Assembly (NCBI GenBank): GCA_965224025.1
Contig: OZ245033.1
Span: 4,320,001-4,384,000, forward strand
Source: Candidatus Multivorans sp.
GTDB taxonomy: Bacteria > Acidobacteriota > Thermoanaerobaculia > Multivoradales > Multivoraceae
Direction: 5' to 3'
DNA: 64,000 nucleotides
In this document: positions 51,092-60,540 of the stretch, piece after piece
Layout of the letters: each line of letters opens with the position of its first letter
Numbering within the stretch: position 1 is the stretch's first letter
Made by a program: the position numbers and the translations under genes
The notes under the pieces: generated by a model
Told to the model about the DNA's origin: nothing
Database searches by the model: none
What the model saw: the letters and a program-made list of their open reading frames with translations, nothing else

Positions 51092-52639
51092 TCAGACCAT
51101 CACGGGGTCGATCGGCGTAATGATGCCGAGCGCGTCCTCGATCGCCTGGCCGGCTTCCAGGCAGAGATCCTCGCGGTAGCGGCCGCCGATCACTTCCACC
51201 ACCTGGGGCAGGCCGTTGGCGACGCCCGTCGGAACGCACACGGCCGGCAGGCCGAGTAGGTTGAGCGCCACCTCGAACCGCATCTGGTCGAGGACATCGC
51301 CCGGATCCCGCAGGTCGTAGCCGATGACGAAGGGCGGCTGGGTCAGGATCGGGGCCACGATGACCGGGTAGTCCTCCTGGAATTCCTGCCAGGCGCTGGC
51401 GATCCGGTGGCGCTGGGCATACATGGCCACGTACTCGGTCGGCGACTCGACGCCGAACATGTCGAGTGCGCGGATCAGAAAGTCGTAGGCGTCCGGCGAC
51501 ATGATCTCCTCGAGCGCCTGCCGGACCAGGTTCAGTTCATAGCCGAGAAAGACATCCCACGCCCGGCGCGCCTCGGCGGCCATCGGCGGTTCGACCTCTT
51601 CGACCGCGTAGCCCGCCGCCGTCAGGGCCTCGCCCGCGGCGCGCACGCCGGCAGCGATGTCCGGATGGGTCGTACCGCCGCTGGGCTCCGGCACCAACGC
51701 GACCTTGACCGGCGACGCCGGCCGTTCCAGATCGATCGGCACGGGCACCGACCACGGGTCACTCCTGTGGTATCGCCCCAGCAGCTCGTAGGCGGTGCGC
51801 AGATCGGCGACCCGCCGTGCCATGGGGCCATTCACTGCCATCAACTGCCCGGACATCTCGCCACCGGTCGGGCTGGCGATGCGGCCCAGCGTCGGCTTGA
51901 GCGACGCGATGCCGTTGCACTGCGCAGGAATCCGGAGCGAACCGCCGATGTCGTTGCCGAGTCCCAGGCAACTCATGCCGCTCGCGAGGGCCGAGCCCTC
52001 GCCGCCGCTCGAGCCGCCGACGTTCCGGTCGGCAGCCCATGGATTCCGGGTCAGGCCGTAGAGATAGCTGTCGGTGTGGACGCGCAGACCGAGGTCGGGC
52101 AGGTTGGTCCGGGTCAGAGGAATGGCGCCGGCCTCCTTGAGGCGCGCGACGATCAGTGCGTCCGCCTCGGCGTTGACTTCCGCGTAGGCGGGCACGCCGC
52201 TCGTGGTCGGCGTGCCGCCGACCGCGATGTTGTCCTTGACGGAGATCGGTACACCGTGCAGCGGTCCCAGGTCGGCGCCCGCAGCCACCGCTTCGTCGGC
52301 GGCCTGCGCGGCGGCGCGCGCTTCGCCGGCCAGTACGCGGACGACCGCGTTGAGGTGGCCGTTCACCGCGTCCACGCGCGCGAGGTGGGACTCGACTACC
52401 TCGATGCTCGAGACCTCGCCGCGGCGAATCGCCGACGCCAGTTCGCCGGCGCTGGCACGCCACAGATCGTCGGGCATCGGGCCGGCCGCCGTCTCGCCGG
52501 CAACTGCCTCGGAAGGTGCCGTCGCGTCGCCGTCGCACCCCGCCAGCAGGCCGGCGGCGCCGGCAAGGGACAGGGCGTGGATCACCTGGCGCCGCGAGAC
52601 GCCGGCGGTTTCCTGGGGTTCGGGAGTGGTCGTCGTCAT
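51092..52639 (-). CDS. Tat-exported lipoprotein amidase
   Basis: SRRQVI...LLAG-C; GVPISVKD, GGSSGGEG, GNDIGGSLRIPA. Confidence 0.92.
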   Translation of the reverse strand: MTTTTPEPQETAGVSRRQVIHALSLAGAAGLLAGCDGDATAPSEAVAGETAAGPMPDDLWRASAGELASAIRRGEVSSIEVVESHLARVDAVNGHLNAVVRVLAGEARAAAQAADEAVAAGADLGPLHGVPISVKDNIAVGGTPTTSGVPAYAEVNAEADALIVARLKEAGAIPLTRTNLPDLGLRVHTDSYLYGLTRNPWAADRNVGGSSGGEGSALASGMSCLGLGNDIGGSLRIPAQCNGIASLKPTLGRIASPTGGEMSGQLMAVNGPMARRVADLRTAYELLGRYHRSDPWSVPVPIDLERPASPVKVALVPEPSGGTTHPDIAAGVRAAGEALTAAGYAVEEVEPPMAAEARRAWDVFLGYELNLVRQALEEIMSPDAYDFLIRALDMFGVESPTEYVAMYAQRHRIASAWQEFQEDYPVIVAPILTQPPFVIGYDLRDPGDVLDQMRFEVALNLLGLPAVCVPTGVANGLPQVVEVIGGRYREDLCLEAGQAIEDALGIITPIDPVMV

Positions 52640-52668
52640 GGGCTGTGTCTCCTTGTTCTCCGGGCCCA

Positions 52669-52800
52669 GGATGCGGGCGAGACGCCCGCGTTCCCAGGGG
52701 CCGATGCGGGCGAGACGCCCGCGTTCCATCCGTGCGCCCGAGGACGGGCGCACGGAGTGGTTCGCGGGTGGCGCGAGTTCGCGCCACCCGGGTTCGCAGG
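52669..52800 (+). repeat. Composite REP/BIME-like element
   Basis: GATGCGGGCGAGACGCCCGCGTTCC twice, TCCGTGCGCCCG..CGGGCGCACGGA, CGGGTGGCGCG..CGCGCCACCCG. Confidence 0.85.
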
Positions 52801-52804
52801 GTTG

Positions 52805-53908
52805 CTACGCATCACTGCGCAGGTCATCCAGGTCGAGCGTTTCGGTGAGTACCGGTTCGCCGTCAATGCCGCGAACCTCCAGCGTCACGGAGCGGGAGGC
52901 CCAATCGATCGACATGGCGCCGTAGTTCTCGGGCTGGTAGGTCGGACCCACGCGGTAGGGCCCCGCTTCTTCCCCGCTGGTCGAAGGCGAGTTCAGGGAA
53001 CTCGCGGTGAGCTCGAGCAGCGGGTAGTCGATCGCATCGTCACGCCGGTAGATGCCGCCGCGATGCCGATCCCCCGAGACGATGACCACGCCGTTCGCGC
53101 CCGTCTCACGCAGCAAGCCGTATAGTCGGTCGCGCTCGGCCGGCAACTGCCGCCATCCCTCGTAGCCGTGGCCATCCGCGATCACCTGGATCGACGACGC
53201 GAGGATGCGGAGGTCCGCCTCCTCCTGGAGCACTTCTCGGAGCCAGCTCCACTGCTCCTCGCCGAGCATAGTCTTCGCGGAGTCGGGGTCCGGGACATAG
53301 CGTTCCCTACCCGGAGCACCGCGCTCGTCGGTGGGCCGAAGCGCGGAGCGGAAGTAGCGCGTATCGAGCAGGATCAACTGCACTCGGCGGCCCGGCGGAC
53401 CGTAGGTCACCGCGTCGTAGACCCCCGGACGGGCCGCCCGCTCGGAGTCCGCCGGCACGCCCCAGAAGTCCTCGAAGATCCGCTGCGCTTCCTCGCGCCC
53501 GAAGAACTCGGCGCCGCCGTCGTTCAAACCGTAGTCGTGATCGTCCCAGGTTGCGGCAAGCGGCACCGCCGCCTCGCGAAGGCGGCTGAGTCCGTCCGCG
53601 GCCGCCTGCATCGCGTAGGCGTCGCGCAGTTCGCGCAGATCCTCCGATTCCACGTCGCCGTAGACGTTGTCGCCCAGGAACACGAAGAGCTCGAAGTCGT
53701 CGTCGAGGATCGCGTCGAAGATCGGCTGCGGCTGGGCCTGCTTGAGGCAGGAGCCGAGGCCGATGCGTTCCAGGGCGGGTTCGACCGACGCGGCGTCGGA
53801 AGCCGGCGGCTGTTCTCCGGGCGCGCCGCAGGCTACCGCCAGCAGTGCCGCCGCCAGCAGCGAAAGCCGTGCCGGCCGGCGCGCACGCTCCTCAGTCCGC
53901 CGACGCAC
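52805..53908 (-). CDS. phoD: PhoD-family alkaline phosphatase (lipoprotein)
   Basis: GSC, GDNVYGD, TWDDHDYG.ND, LLDTRYFR, SGDRH. Confidence 0.9.
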   Translation of the reverse strand: MRRRTEERARRPARLSLLAAALLAVACGAPGEQPPASDAASVEPALERIGLGSCLKQAQPQPIFDAILDDDFELFVFLGDNVYGDVESEDLRELRDAYAMQAAADGLSRLREAAVPLAATWDDHDYGLNDGGAEFFGREEAQRIFEDFWGVPADSERAARPGVYDAVTYGPPGRRVQLILLDTRYFRSALRPTDERGAPGRERYVPDPDSAKTMLGEEQWSWLREVLQEEADLRILASSIQVIADGHGYEGWRQLPAERDRLYGLLRETGANGVVIVSGDRHRGGIYRRDDAIDYPLLELTASSLNSPSTSGEEAGPYRVGPTYQPENYGAMSIDWASRSVTLEVRGIDGEPVLTETLDLDDLRSDA

Positions 53909-54896
53909 TACACACCGCCTCGATCGTGAACTCCGACGGATCGGGCAGCTTTCCGGCAGCGACCATCTCTTCGATCAGCTTCTCCGTCATGGTGACCTCG
54001 TCTCTCTCCGCGTAGGCTTCGCGCTGCGCCCGCACCTGGGGATGCTCGAGCATCGGACAGTATCCCAGCAGCAACGGCCTCACCTTCGCCCACTTCCGCC
54101 GCACATAGATGTTCGGCTGATAGGACTCGTCCCATTCCGGCGTGACGTACTCGCGCAGATCGAACGGCCGCCGAAGTCGCCACACGCCCTCGTCGTAGAC
54201 GATCGTCGGATCGTCGCCGGCGCACAGGTGCTCGTAGAACCACGTGCCCTGGTAGTTCGCCTCCAAATCGCCGAGCGAGAACACGCCCGAAACAAGCTTG
54301 CCGAGGATCGTGTTCTCCGCCCGCATGCCCCGGCGAACGGCCACCAGTTCCGCCTCCGCGGATGTCGCGCCGCGGGCGCGGACCTTGCGGTACCAACGGT
54401 GGTAGTACCACGAAGTGCCGAGCAGGTGGGTCAGCTTGTCGGTGCCGAGCCGCACACCGTTCACTTCGACCGTCGGACTCGGCGGCATCCAGGTACCGGT
54501 GTCCAGTGGCGACGCGGTGCTGTAGATGTACTTCTGCTTGAAGTCGCGCATCTCCTCCGGCCCCGACGGCGACCGACTGACCAGGGGCGAGTTCACCGAC
54601 CAGGTCTCGAAGCCGTCGAAGAACAACATGTGGTGGCGCTTGAAGAACCGGGACCGAACCTCTTGGCAGCCCACGCCACGGCCCTCCCGGTTCAGTTCCG
54701 CGACCAGACGCTCGAGTTCCAGATTGACGCGCGCGTTCAGGACCTCCGTCGCATCCTCCAGCAGACGTCCCCAAGCGTAGAACTGGTCCGTCTCAAGAGC
54801 GGGCGCCGCGCCTGTGCCGGAGAGTCCGAGGAGCAGCGCGACGATCGCCGCGATCGGGAGGGAACTCAACGCCGGCCTGGGGGACACGGCGCCCAT
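53892..54896 (-). CDS. Exported hypothetical protein
   Basis: Signal peptide then LETDQF; GTDKLTH and FSLGDLEAN motifs; overlaps both neighbours. Confidence 0.75.
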   Translation of the reverse strand: MGAVSPRPALSSLPIAAIVALLLGLSGTGAAPALETDQFYAWGRLLEDATEVLNARVNLELERLVAELNREGRGVGCQEVRSRFFKRHHMLFFDGFETWSVNSPLVSRSPSGPEEMRDFKQKYIYSTASPLDTGTWMPPSPTVEVNGVRLGTDKLTHLLGTSWYYHRWYRKVRARGATSAEAELVAVRRGMRAENTILGKLVSGVFSLGDLEANYQGTWFYEHLCAGDDPTIVYDEGVWRLRRPFDLREYVTPEWDESYQPNIYVRRKWAKVRPLLLGYCPMLEHPQVRAQREAYAERDEVTMTEKLIEEMVAAGKLPDPSEFTIEAVCSASAD

Positions 54897-55567
54897 CAGA
54901 AGCCCCAACCGAAGCCGGCCGTGTACACGAACCGGTCCGCGTCGTCGTGAGCGGACGAGATCCGCCGCATCACGCCGGCGCTGAAGCTGAACCGGACCAG
55001 GGTGAACTGCGCTTCGAGGCCTGCCAGCGTCTGCGCCCTCGGGTCGAGCCCCGAGTCCCCCCACGTACGAAGCACTACAGCGCGGGCGCCCCAACCTACG
55101 TACACATCGGTCAGGAAGGGTGACGACGGCCTGCGTCTGCTCATGAGCCGGGCGAAGCCGACTCCGAGCTGGCCACCGGCTGTTCCCGGCTCGACCTGCA
55201 GAACCAAGCCGCGGTACTCGCAGAATTCGACGCAGTCATGGCTGTCGGGCAGACGCGCCACGAGCGCGCCGACCCCGATCGAGAACTGAAGCGGCGTCGA
55301 GTACCGTGCGCGCGCTGTGCCAAGCCAGCGCAGCGAAGTCGCATCGACATCCGCTCGCACCCGCTCAGCGAGTGACCGGGAGTCCTCTGACCGTGGCCGG
55401 GGGTCTTCTGACCCCCGGTTCCGGGTCTCCTGAGAAGCCACCGGTCCAGCCCAGAGCCAACAGAGAACAGCGCCCGCTGCCAAGTGCAACGAGCCGGCCG
55501 GGATGGATCGGAAAGCGGCTTGCATCGGCGACGAACGCAGCGGGGCCGGCCTCCGTTCGTTCATCAA
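54896..55567 (-). CDS. Hypothetical outer-membrane beta-barrel-like protein
   Basis: Signal peptide, amphipathic strands, C-terminal YTAGFGWGF. Confidence 0.65.
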   Translation of the reverse strand: MMNERRPAPLRSSPMQAAFRSIPAGSLHLAAGAVLCWLWAGPVASQETRNRGSEDPRPRSEDSRSLAERVRADVDATSLRWLGTARARYSTPLQFSIGVGALVARLPDSHDCVEFCEYRGLVLQVEPGTAGGQLGVGFARLMSRRRPSSPFLTDVYVGWGARAVVLRTWGDSGLDPRAQTLAGLEAQFTLVRFSFSAGVMRRISSAHDDADRFVYTAGFGWGF

Positions 55568-55659
55568 GCGCCGATCCTACAATGGACGGCCCGGCTTCCG
55601 ATCCGGCGGCGCACCGCCGGATCGGGCCCGAGAGGGCGACGAGACGCGAGGGACGGCCG

Positions 55660-58600
55660 CTACGAACCGCCGCCGAAGCGATAGCTCATGACGGCCTTCA
55701 AACGGCGGCCCTTCGGATTGGCGGTCAGGGCGTCGAACGCCTGCTCGAAGAAGACCAACGGCGGCTCCTCGTCGGTCAGGTTGAGAGCCGACAGGGCGAG
55801 ATCGAAACCGAGCCGCGGGAAGCGCCACAGGAACGTCACGTCGAACGTGAGCCACTCGTCGATTGGCAGCAACTCGGGCGGCGTCCAGGCCACGTTGCTG
55901 TCCTCGTAGGACGAAATGTGGTTGGCCCAACCGATCAGACTGTAGTCGCCCCAGCGGTAGCCGAGCGACGCACGCGTCTTCAACTCCGGCAGCGGCGGCG
56001 CGATCGGCGTATCGCGGTTCAGCAGGCCGACGACGTCCTTGCGCTCGCGGTAGACGACGCCGTCGCGTTCGAGCTTCTTCAACTCGTAGCTCTTCGTGTA
56101 GGTGCTGTCCAGGCCGAAGGAGAGTTCGCCAGGGCCCGCGTCGACATGGCCGTGCAGATGGAAATCGAAGCCCGAGGTCTTGATGCCCGGCCAGTTGATC
56201 AGATCGATCCGCACCCGCTCGATGTCCGCGGGATCGCAGGAACCGTCGGCCAAACCGCCCGGGCAGACGACGCGGCCCATGACCGCGTTCAGCGCCGCCT
56301 GGTTGCCTCCGTAGCCGTCGGCGTAGAGCCGCAGCACCTCCTGCTGCGGCAGCAGGGCGATCACGTCCTCGAAGTCGTAGCTCCAGTAGTCGAGCGTGAC
56401 GTCGATCCCAGGCGAAGCGAAGAGCACGAGACCCAGGTTGTAGGTGAAGGCCTGCTCCGGCTTCAACGCCCGGCTGCCGAAGGCGTCGACCGCCTTGTAG
56501 ACGCCGACCGTGTTGAGGTACTCCAGGGTGGTGCGAATCTCCTCGTTCAGATCATCGACCGAGGGCGCCCGGAACGTGGTCTGGACCGAGGTGCGGAACG
56601 ACAGCACGTGATCTTCGCCCGCCGAGAGCTGCCAGCGGCCCGAGAACTTCGGATCGAAGCTGTCGATCTCGTCGTGGAGTTCGTAGTTCGCCGCGAACTG
56701 CATGTCGCCGCCAAGCGCGTTCACCGACAGCTCGCCGAACATCCGGTGGACCGCCTGGGAGTCGCCGTACGGGTAGTAGCCCGAGGAGAAGGTGAAGGCG
56801 CCCGCGCGCGCCCCTCTCTGCCTGCCGGTAGCCGGATCGACGCAGGACCGGTCGCCCGGCACCACGCACGGATTCAGTTCGTAGTTTCCGACCGCGTTCG
56901 GGATCGCGCTCACGTCCAGGTGCCGGTACCGGTACCCGAAGGCGTAGTCGAGCTTCTCGGGCACCCAGTTGCCGGAGAGCGTCGCTTCGGCAACGACGAG
57001 TTCCGCTTCGTTCTCGACGTTGACCTGTTCGTTGATCCAGTTGAGCAGATCCCGGCTGTTCTCAAGGCCCGCGACATACATCGGATTCGGGTTGCTCTCC
57101 CACGGCGCCCCCGGCTGAGCGGAGAACTGGATGGCATTGCCGAACGGGTTGTAGTACATGCAGTCGCCGACGCCGGGCTGGGCCGAACCGGTATCTCCGA
57201 GCCGCATGCCCGAAGGACTCGCGGCGTCCGCCACCACGCCGACGCCGCAGTTCGGACCGCCGTAGCCGCGGAAGGCGAGGAACTTGCGGTACGCGTACTC
57301 CGCCGGCTGGTTCATGTTGCCGGTAGCCCGCGAGTAGTTCACGCCCACGTCCAGGTTGGCAGCCCTGCCGCCGATGGACATGTCGTGCTCGATGTTCGCC
57401 GCGATGCGGGTCGTGTCCGTGCCTCGCCGCAGGCCGCGTCCAGGACCCGCGTTGCCGACCAGGCGACCGTAGAAGTACCAGTCGTCCCGCAGGCAGTCTT
57501 CACCGGAAGCGAAGCCGCCCACCCCGGGGGAGCTGTTGCAGATCTCCATGCGCCCCGGGTGCTCGTTCGAGATCAACTGCAGACCGTCCAGCAGCGACAC
57601 CGGCGGGAAGGAGGGAGTGGTCACGTAGTTCGGGATGGTCGACTCCGCGAAGAGTGCCTCCACGTGGTACGTCGTGCCCTCGGCCAGCGGACCGTTCAAC
57701 TCGGCGAAGAACCGGTTCGTCTCCGTCGCCTCGACCAGGCTGTCCCACGGCTGATAGCGGAAAGCGCAGGTGAAGCCGCGGTCATAGCCGCCGAGGCCGT
57801 TGCACGCGGGATCGACGAAGTAGTCCGTGCCGGCCGCGCCGTTGCGCGCCCGGGCCAGCTCCTGAACGAACGCGGCGGAGGTTTCGCCGCCGGTGAGGTT
57901 CGGGCGCAGGAAGATGCCCGGATTGCCGGTGTTGGACCAACCCCAGAACCAACCGGTGGCGCGATCCTTGAGCGTGAACGGCCGCTCCCTGGCGCCGAGA
58001 TGCGAGCGCTCCGCCCTCTCGAGCGAGAATACGAGGTGATGGTCCGAACCGCCGAGCTTGCCGCCCCAGATCGCGGCCGCCGACGAGTCGCCGGCGCCGT
58101 CCATGCTCTCGTGCGAGAGCGAGACCTCGAACCCGGTGAATTCGTCGCGGGTGACGAAGTTGGCGACGCCTGCCACGGCGTCCGAACCGTAGATCGCGGC
58201 GGCGCCTTCCTTCAGCACCTCGATGCGATCGACCGCGATCGAGGGAAAGGCGCTGATGTCGACGAAGCGGCCGCCGAACAGCCGCGCCGGCAGCGGCGCC
58301 TGGCGGCGGCCGTTGAGCAGCACCAGGGTCCGCGAAGCCCCGAGACCCCGGAGGTTCACGTTGGCGACGCTCTCGGGCACCGCCGTCCCCTGGTCGTTGT
58401 ACCAACTGTTGGCCTCGCCGATGACGGCGGACGAGGCGGTCAGGTTCTTGAACAGATCGACCGGCTGCAGCGACCCCTGCTCCTTCTGGACTTCCCGGTT
58501 GAGTATTTCGACGGCGTAGGGGAGGTCGACGGCCGGTTCCTCTATCGCCGAACCGGTGACGACCACTACGTCGTGGGCGTGGAAGTCGATAACGCCGGCC

Positions 58601-58794
58601 TCGTCGCCGTCGTGCTCGCCCTCGTGGTCCTCGTCGCCGTGATCCTCGTCTTCCTGGGGCGGGGGCGTATCGACCGGCGAAGCCGGGGAAGCTTCGGCTG
58701 GTGTGGAATCGTTCCCACCTTCGGCAGCGAAGGCAGTTCCCCCCATCGCCACCACGAAAAGCACCAGCAGGATCAACAGGGACTTAGCGTGCAT
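55660..58794 (-). CDS. TonB-dependent receptor
   Basis: VVVTGS TonB box, NLRGLGASRTLVLLNGRR, RIEVLKEGAAAIYGSDAVAGV, C-terminal YRF. Confidence 0.95.
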   Translation of the reverse strand: MHAKSLLILLVLFVVAMGGTAFAAEGGNDSTPAEASPASPVDTPPPQEDEDHGDEDHEGEHDGDEAGVIDFHAHDVVVVTGSAIEEPAVDLPYAVEILNREVQKEQGSLQPVDLFKNLTASSAVIGEANSWYNDQGTAVPESVANVNLRGLGASRTLVLLNGRRQAPLPARLFGGRFVDISAFPSIAVDRIEVLKEGAAAIYGSDAVAGVANFVTRDEFTGFEVSLSHESMDGAGDSSAAAIWGGKLGGSDHHLVFSLERAERSHLGARERPFTLKDRATGWFWGWSNTGNPGIFLRPNLTGGETSAAFVQELARARNGAAGTDYFVDPACNGLGGYDRGFTCAFRYQPWDSLVEATETNRFFAELNGPLAEGTTYHVEALFAESTIPNYVTTPSFPPVSLLDGLQLISNEHPGRMEICNSSPGVGGFASGEDCLRDDWYFYGRLVGNAGPGRGLRRGTDTTRIAANIEHDMSIGGRAANLDVGVNYSRATGNMNQPAEYAYRKFLAFRGYGGPNCGVGVVADAASPSGMRLGDTGSAQPGVGDCMYYNPFGNAIQFSAQPGAPWESNPNPMYVAGLENSRDLLNWINEQVNVENEAELVVAEATLSGNWVPEKLDYAFGYRYRHLDVSAIPNAVGNYELNPCVVPGDRSCVDPATGRQRGARAGAFTFSSGYYPYGDSQAVHRMFGELSVNALGGDMQFAANYELHDEIDSFDPKFSGRWQLSAGEDHVLSFRTSVQTTFRAPSVDDLNEEIRTTLEYLNTVGVYKAVDAFGSRALKPEQAFTYNLGLVLFASPGIDVTLDYWSYDFEDVIALLPQQEVLRLYADGYGGNQAALNAVMGRVVCPGGLADGSCDPADIERVRIDLINWPGIKTSGFDFHLHGHVDAGPGELSFGLDSTYTKSYELKKLERDGVVYRERKDVVGLLNRDTPIAPPLPELKTRASLGYRWGDYSLIGWANHISSYEDSNVAWTPPELLPIDEWLTFDVTFLWRFPRLGFDLALSALNLTDEEPPLVFFEQAFDALTANPKGRRLKAVMSYRFGGGS

Positions 58795-59058
58795 TTCGGC
58801 TCCTTACTCCGGTTCTGACAATGCGTGAACGGCTCGTCGCCAAGCAGGCGTCAACCTACCAACCGGATTGCGAGCTAGACACGAGGGCCTGTGCGAACAA
58901 CGATACACGGTTCCTGGATTGCACCCGAAATGGTCCCCAAGAAATATGGGCTTGGTCCCGGCGCCGCCGACTGGCCCGGACGCGGCGGCTACGCCAAGAC
59001 TTCGATCCCGCCGGCGGCGGCACCGTAAACTAGGATCACTGCCCAACAGGAGGTTCAG

Positions 59059-59505
59059 ATGTCCCGACGAGTCCACCGAGTCCTGCCCGTGGCCGCTCTC
59101 GCGCTGACCCTGAGCGCGGCCGGTCCCTCCCCCGCTCACCATGCGTTCTCGGCCGAGTTCGACGCCAACCTGCCGATCAAGATCGAGGGCACGATCACCA
59201 AGGTCGAGTGGATCAACCCGCACGCCTGGGTCCACGTGCAGATCACGCTGGACGACGGCGAGACCATGACCTGGGAGCTCGAGGCGGGCACGCCGAACAC
59301 CCTGGTGCGGCGAGGCCTCGGCCGCACCCTGCTAGAACCTGGCACCGAGGTCGTCGTCCGCGGCTACCAGAGCAAGGACCGGATGTGCACGCCGAACTGC
59401 CGCGGCAGCGGCCGGGACATGACCCTCCCCGACGGCCGCAGCCTGTTCATGGGCTCATCCGGCACCGGCGCGCCGCGGGACGGCGCCGACCCGACAGAGC
59501 AGTAA
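59059..59505 (+). CDS. DUF6152-family exported protein
   Basis: AHHAFSAEFD, GTITKVEWINPH, W.LE; AGGAGG RBS. Confidence 0.85.
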   Translation: MSRRVHRVLPVAALALTLSAAGPSPAHHAFSAEFDANLPIKIEGTITKVEWINPHAWVHVQITLDDGETMTWELEAGTPNTLVRRGLGRTLLEPGTEVVVRGYQSKDRMCTPNCRGSGRDMTLPDGRSLFMGSSGTGAPRDGADPTEQ

Positions 59506-59515
59506 TGCCGACGCG

Positions 59516-59635
59516 CTAGCTATCGCCCGGCGCCGGGTCCGATTGCCCATGGTCGTCGAGCACACCGAACGCAGCGATGATCTCCAGGGCGATGAACACC
59601 ACAGCCAACAGGATGAAGAAGTGGAAGTCGCTCAT
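59516..59635 (-). CDS. Small single-TM peptide (39 aa), absent from the ORF track
   Basis: MSDFHFFILLAVVFIALEIIAAFGVLDDHGQSDPAPGDS*; GAAGGT SD-like motif upstream. Confidence 0.55.
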   Translation of the reverse strand: MSDFHFFILLAVVFIALEIIAAFGVLDDHGQSDPAPGDS

Positions 59636-59726
59636 GGGTCACCTTCTACCATGCATGGGTCCACGTCGAAACCGCCTAGGACGACGGCGCGACGGATCTG
59701 GACCCTCCGTCGGCAGTTATCGCGAA

Positions 59727-59765
59727 GTTACCCTGGTTTACCGATCTTGGATAAACCGGGGTAAC
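59727..59765. other. 14-bp-arm inverted repeat
   Basis: GTTACCCTGGTTTA-11 nt-TAAACCGGGGTAAC, one mismatch. Confidence 0.6.
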
Positions 59766-59794
59766 CTCCCTATACTCGGCGTCACGCACACGCC

Positions 59795-60540
59795 GGACGC
59801 ACCGGTGATTGAAGAACGAAGCGAAGTCGTCGCGCCGTAGGAACGCCGCGTCAATTCCGTGGGTCCGCAGGAACCGGTCGAGCCGTTCTCGTTCGAGGCT
59901 GTCCCTCTCTTCGATCCGAGAAAGGTACTTGCTGGGCGCATCGCCGCCAAGGAAGCGATTCGTCTGAGCGGCAAGCGCCGTCTTGTTCACGACGCAGTCC
60001 CGTTCCTGCCAGCCGATGGCGTTCTCCGGATCGTCACACCACCGCCTCGGGAAGATGTGATGGATGTCGACGGCATGATCGAAGTAAGAGTGCACACTCA
60101 TCCCCACGCCGCTCTTCCAGTCTCGCGCTCCGTTCTTCATGCCCAGTGCATGCAGTGCCTTGTAAGCGGCGCTCTGCCGGCCCCGAAGAGACAGCAGGCG
60201 GTCCGCCTGAGACTGCGCCTCCTGAACCGTTCTCGGCACATCCCCGTCGGCGTCCAGCCATGACACGCAGTCCTGGAAGTCCCTGGCAGACCGGGTCTCT
60301 ACCGCTGAGCCGTATAGTTCGCCGAGAGCCCCGCACCAGAACCACTGTCGAAGCTTCTTCCGCGCGGACGCGCTTGCCGCGGACCGGCTCAACAAGCCCA
60401 GGATCGCTGCTAGCGGTGTCAGTTGCGTCGGATACGGAAGATCGCGCCGTCGAAAGAAGAACTCCTCGTGAAGAAAAGGCACGGCACGTTCCAAGCCCTT
60501 CGTGGCGAGACTCGACCAGCGGTTGTACTCGCCGGCGCCA
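59795..60540 (-). pseudogene. C-terminal fragment of a GmrSD/DUF262-type restriction endonuclease gene
   Basis: DLPYPTQL, WFWCGALGELYGSAVETR, SAAYK, DIHHIFP, NKT...TN; no start codon and no DUF262 N-terminal domain. Confidence 0.75.

Noticed and set aside
52669-52730. Direct repeat resembling a CRISPR unit
   Set aside because: Only two copies, no unique spacers, no cas genes; it belongs to the REP family.
55306-58818. 1170-aa plus-strand ORF, and similar long ORFs such as 60502-62976, 51407-53125 and 2487-4430
   Set aside because: Antisense or alternate-frame shadows of well-supported genes in high-GC DNA, with no motifs.
58795-59058. Cobalamin riboswitch upstream of the TonB receptor (GGGTGCAATCC on the minus strand)
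   Set aside because: The other conserved elements (GGGAA, GCCACTG, B12 box) are not recognisable.
59727-59765. Integron attC site
   Set aside because: Arms run GTT...AAC, the opposite of the RYYYAAC...GTTRRRY layout; too short, and no integrase is present.
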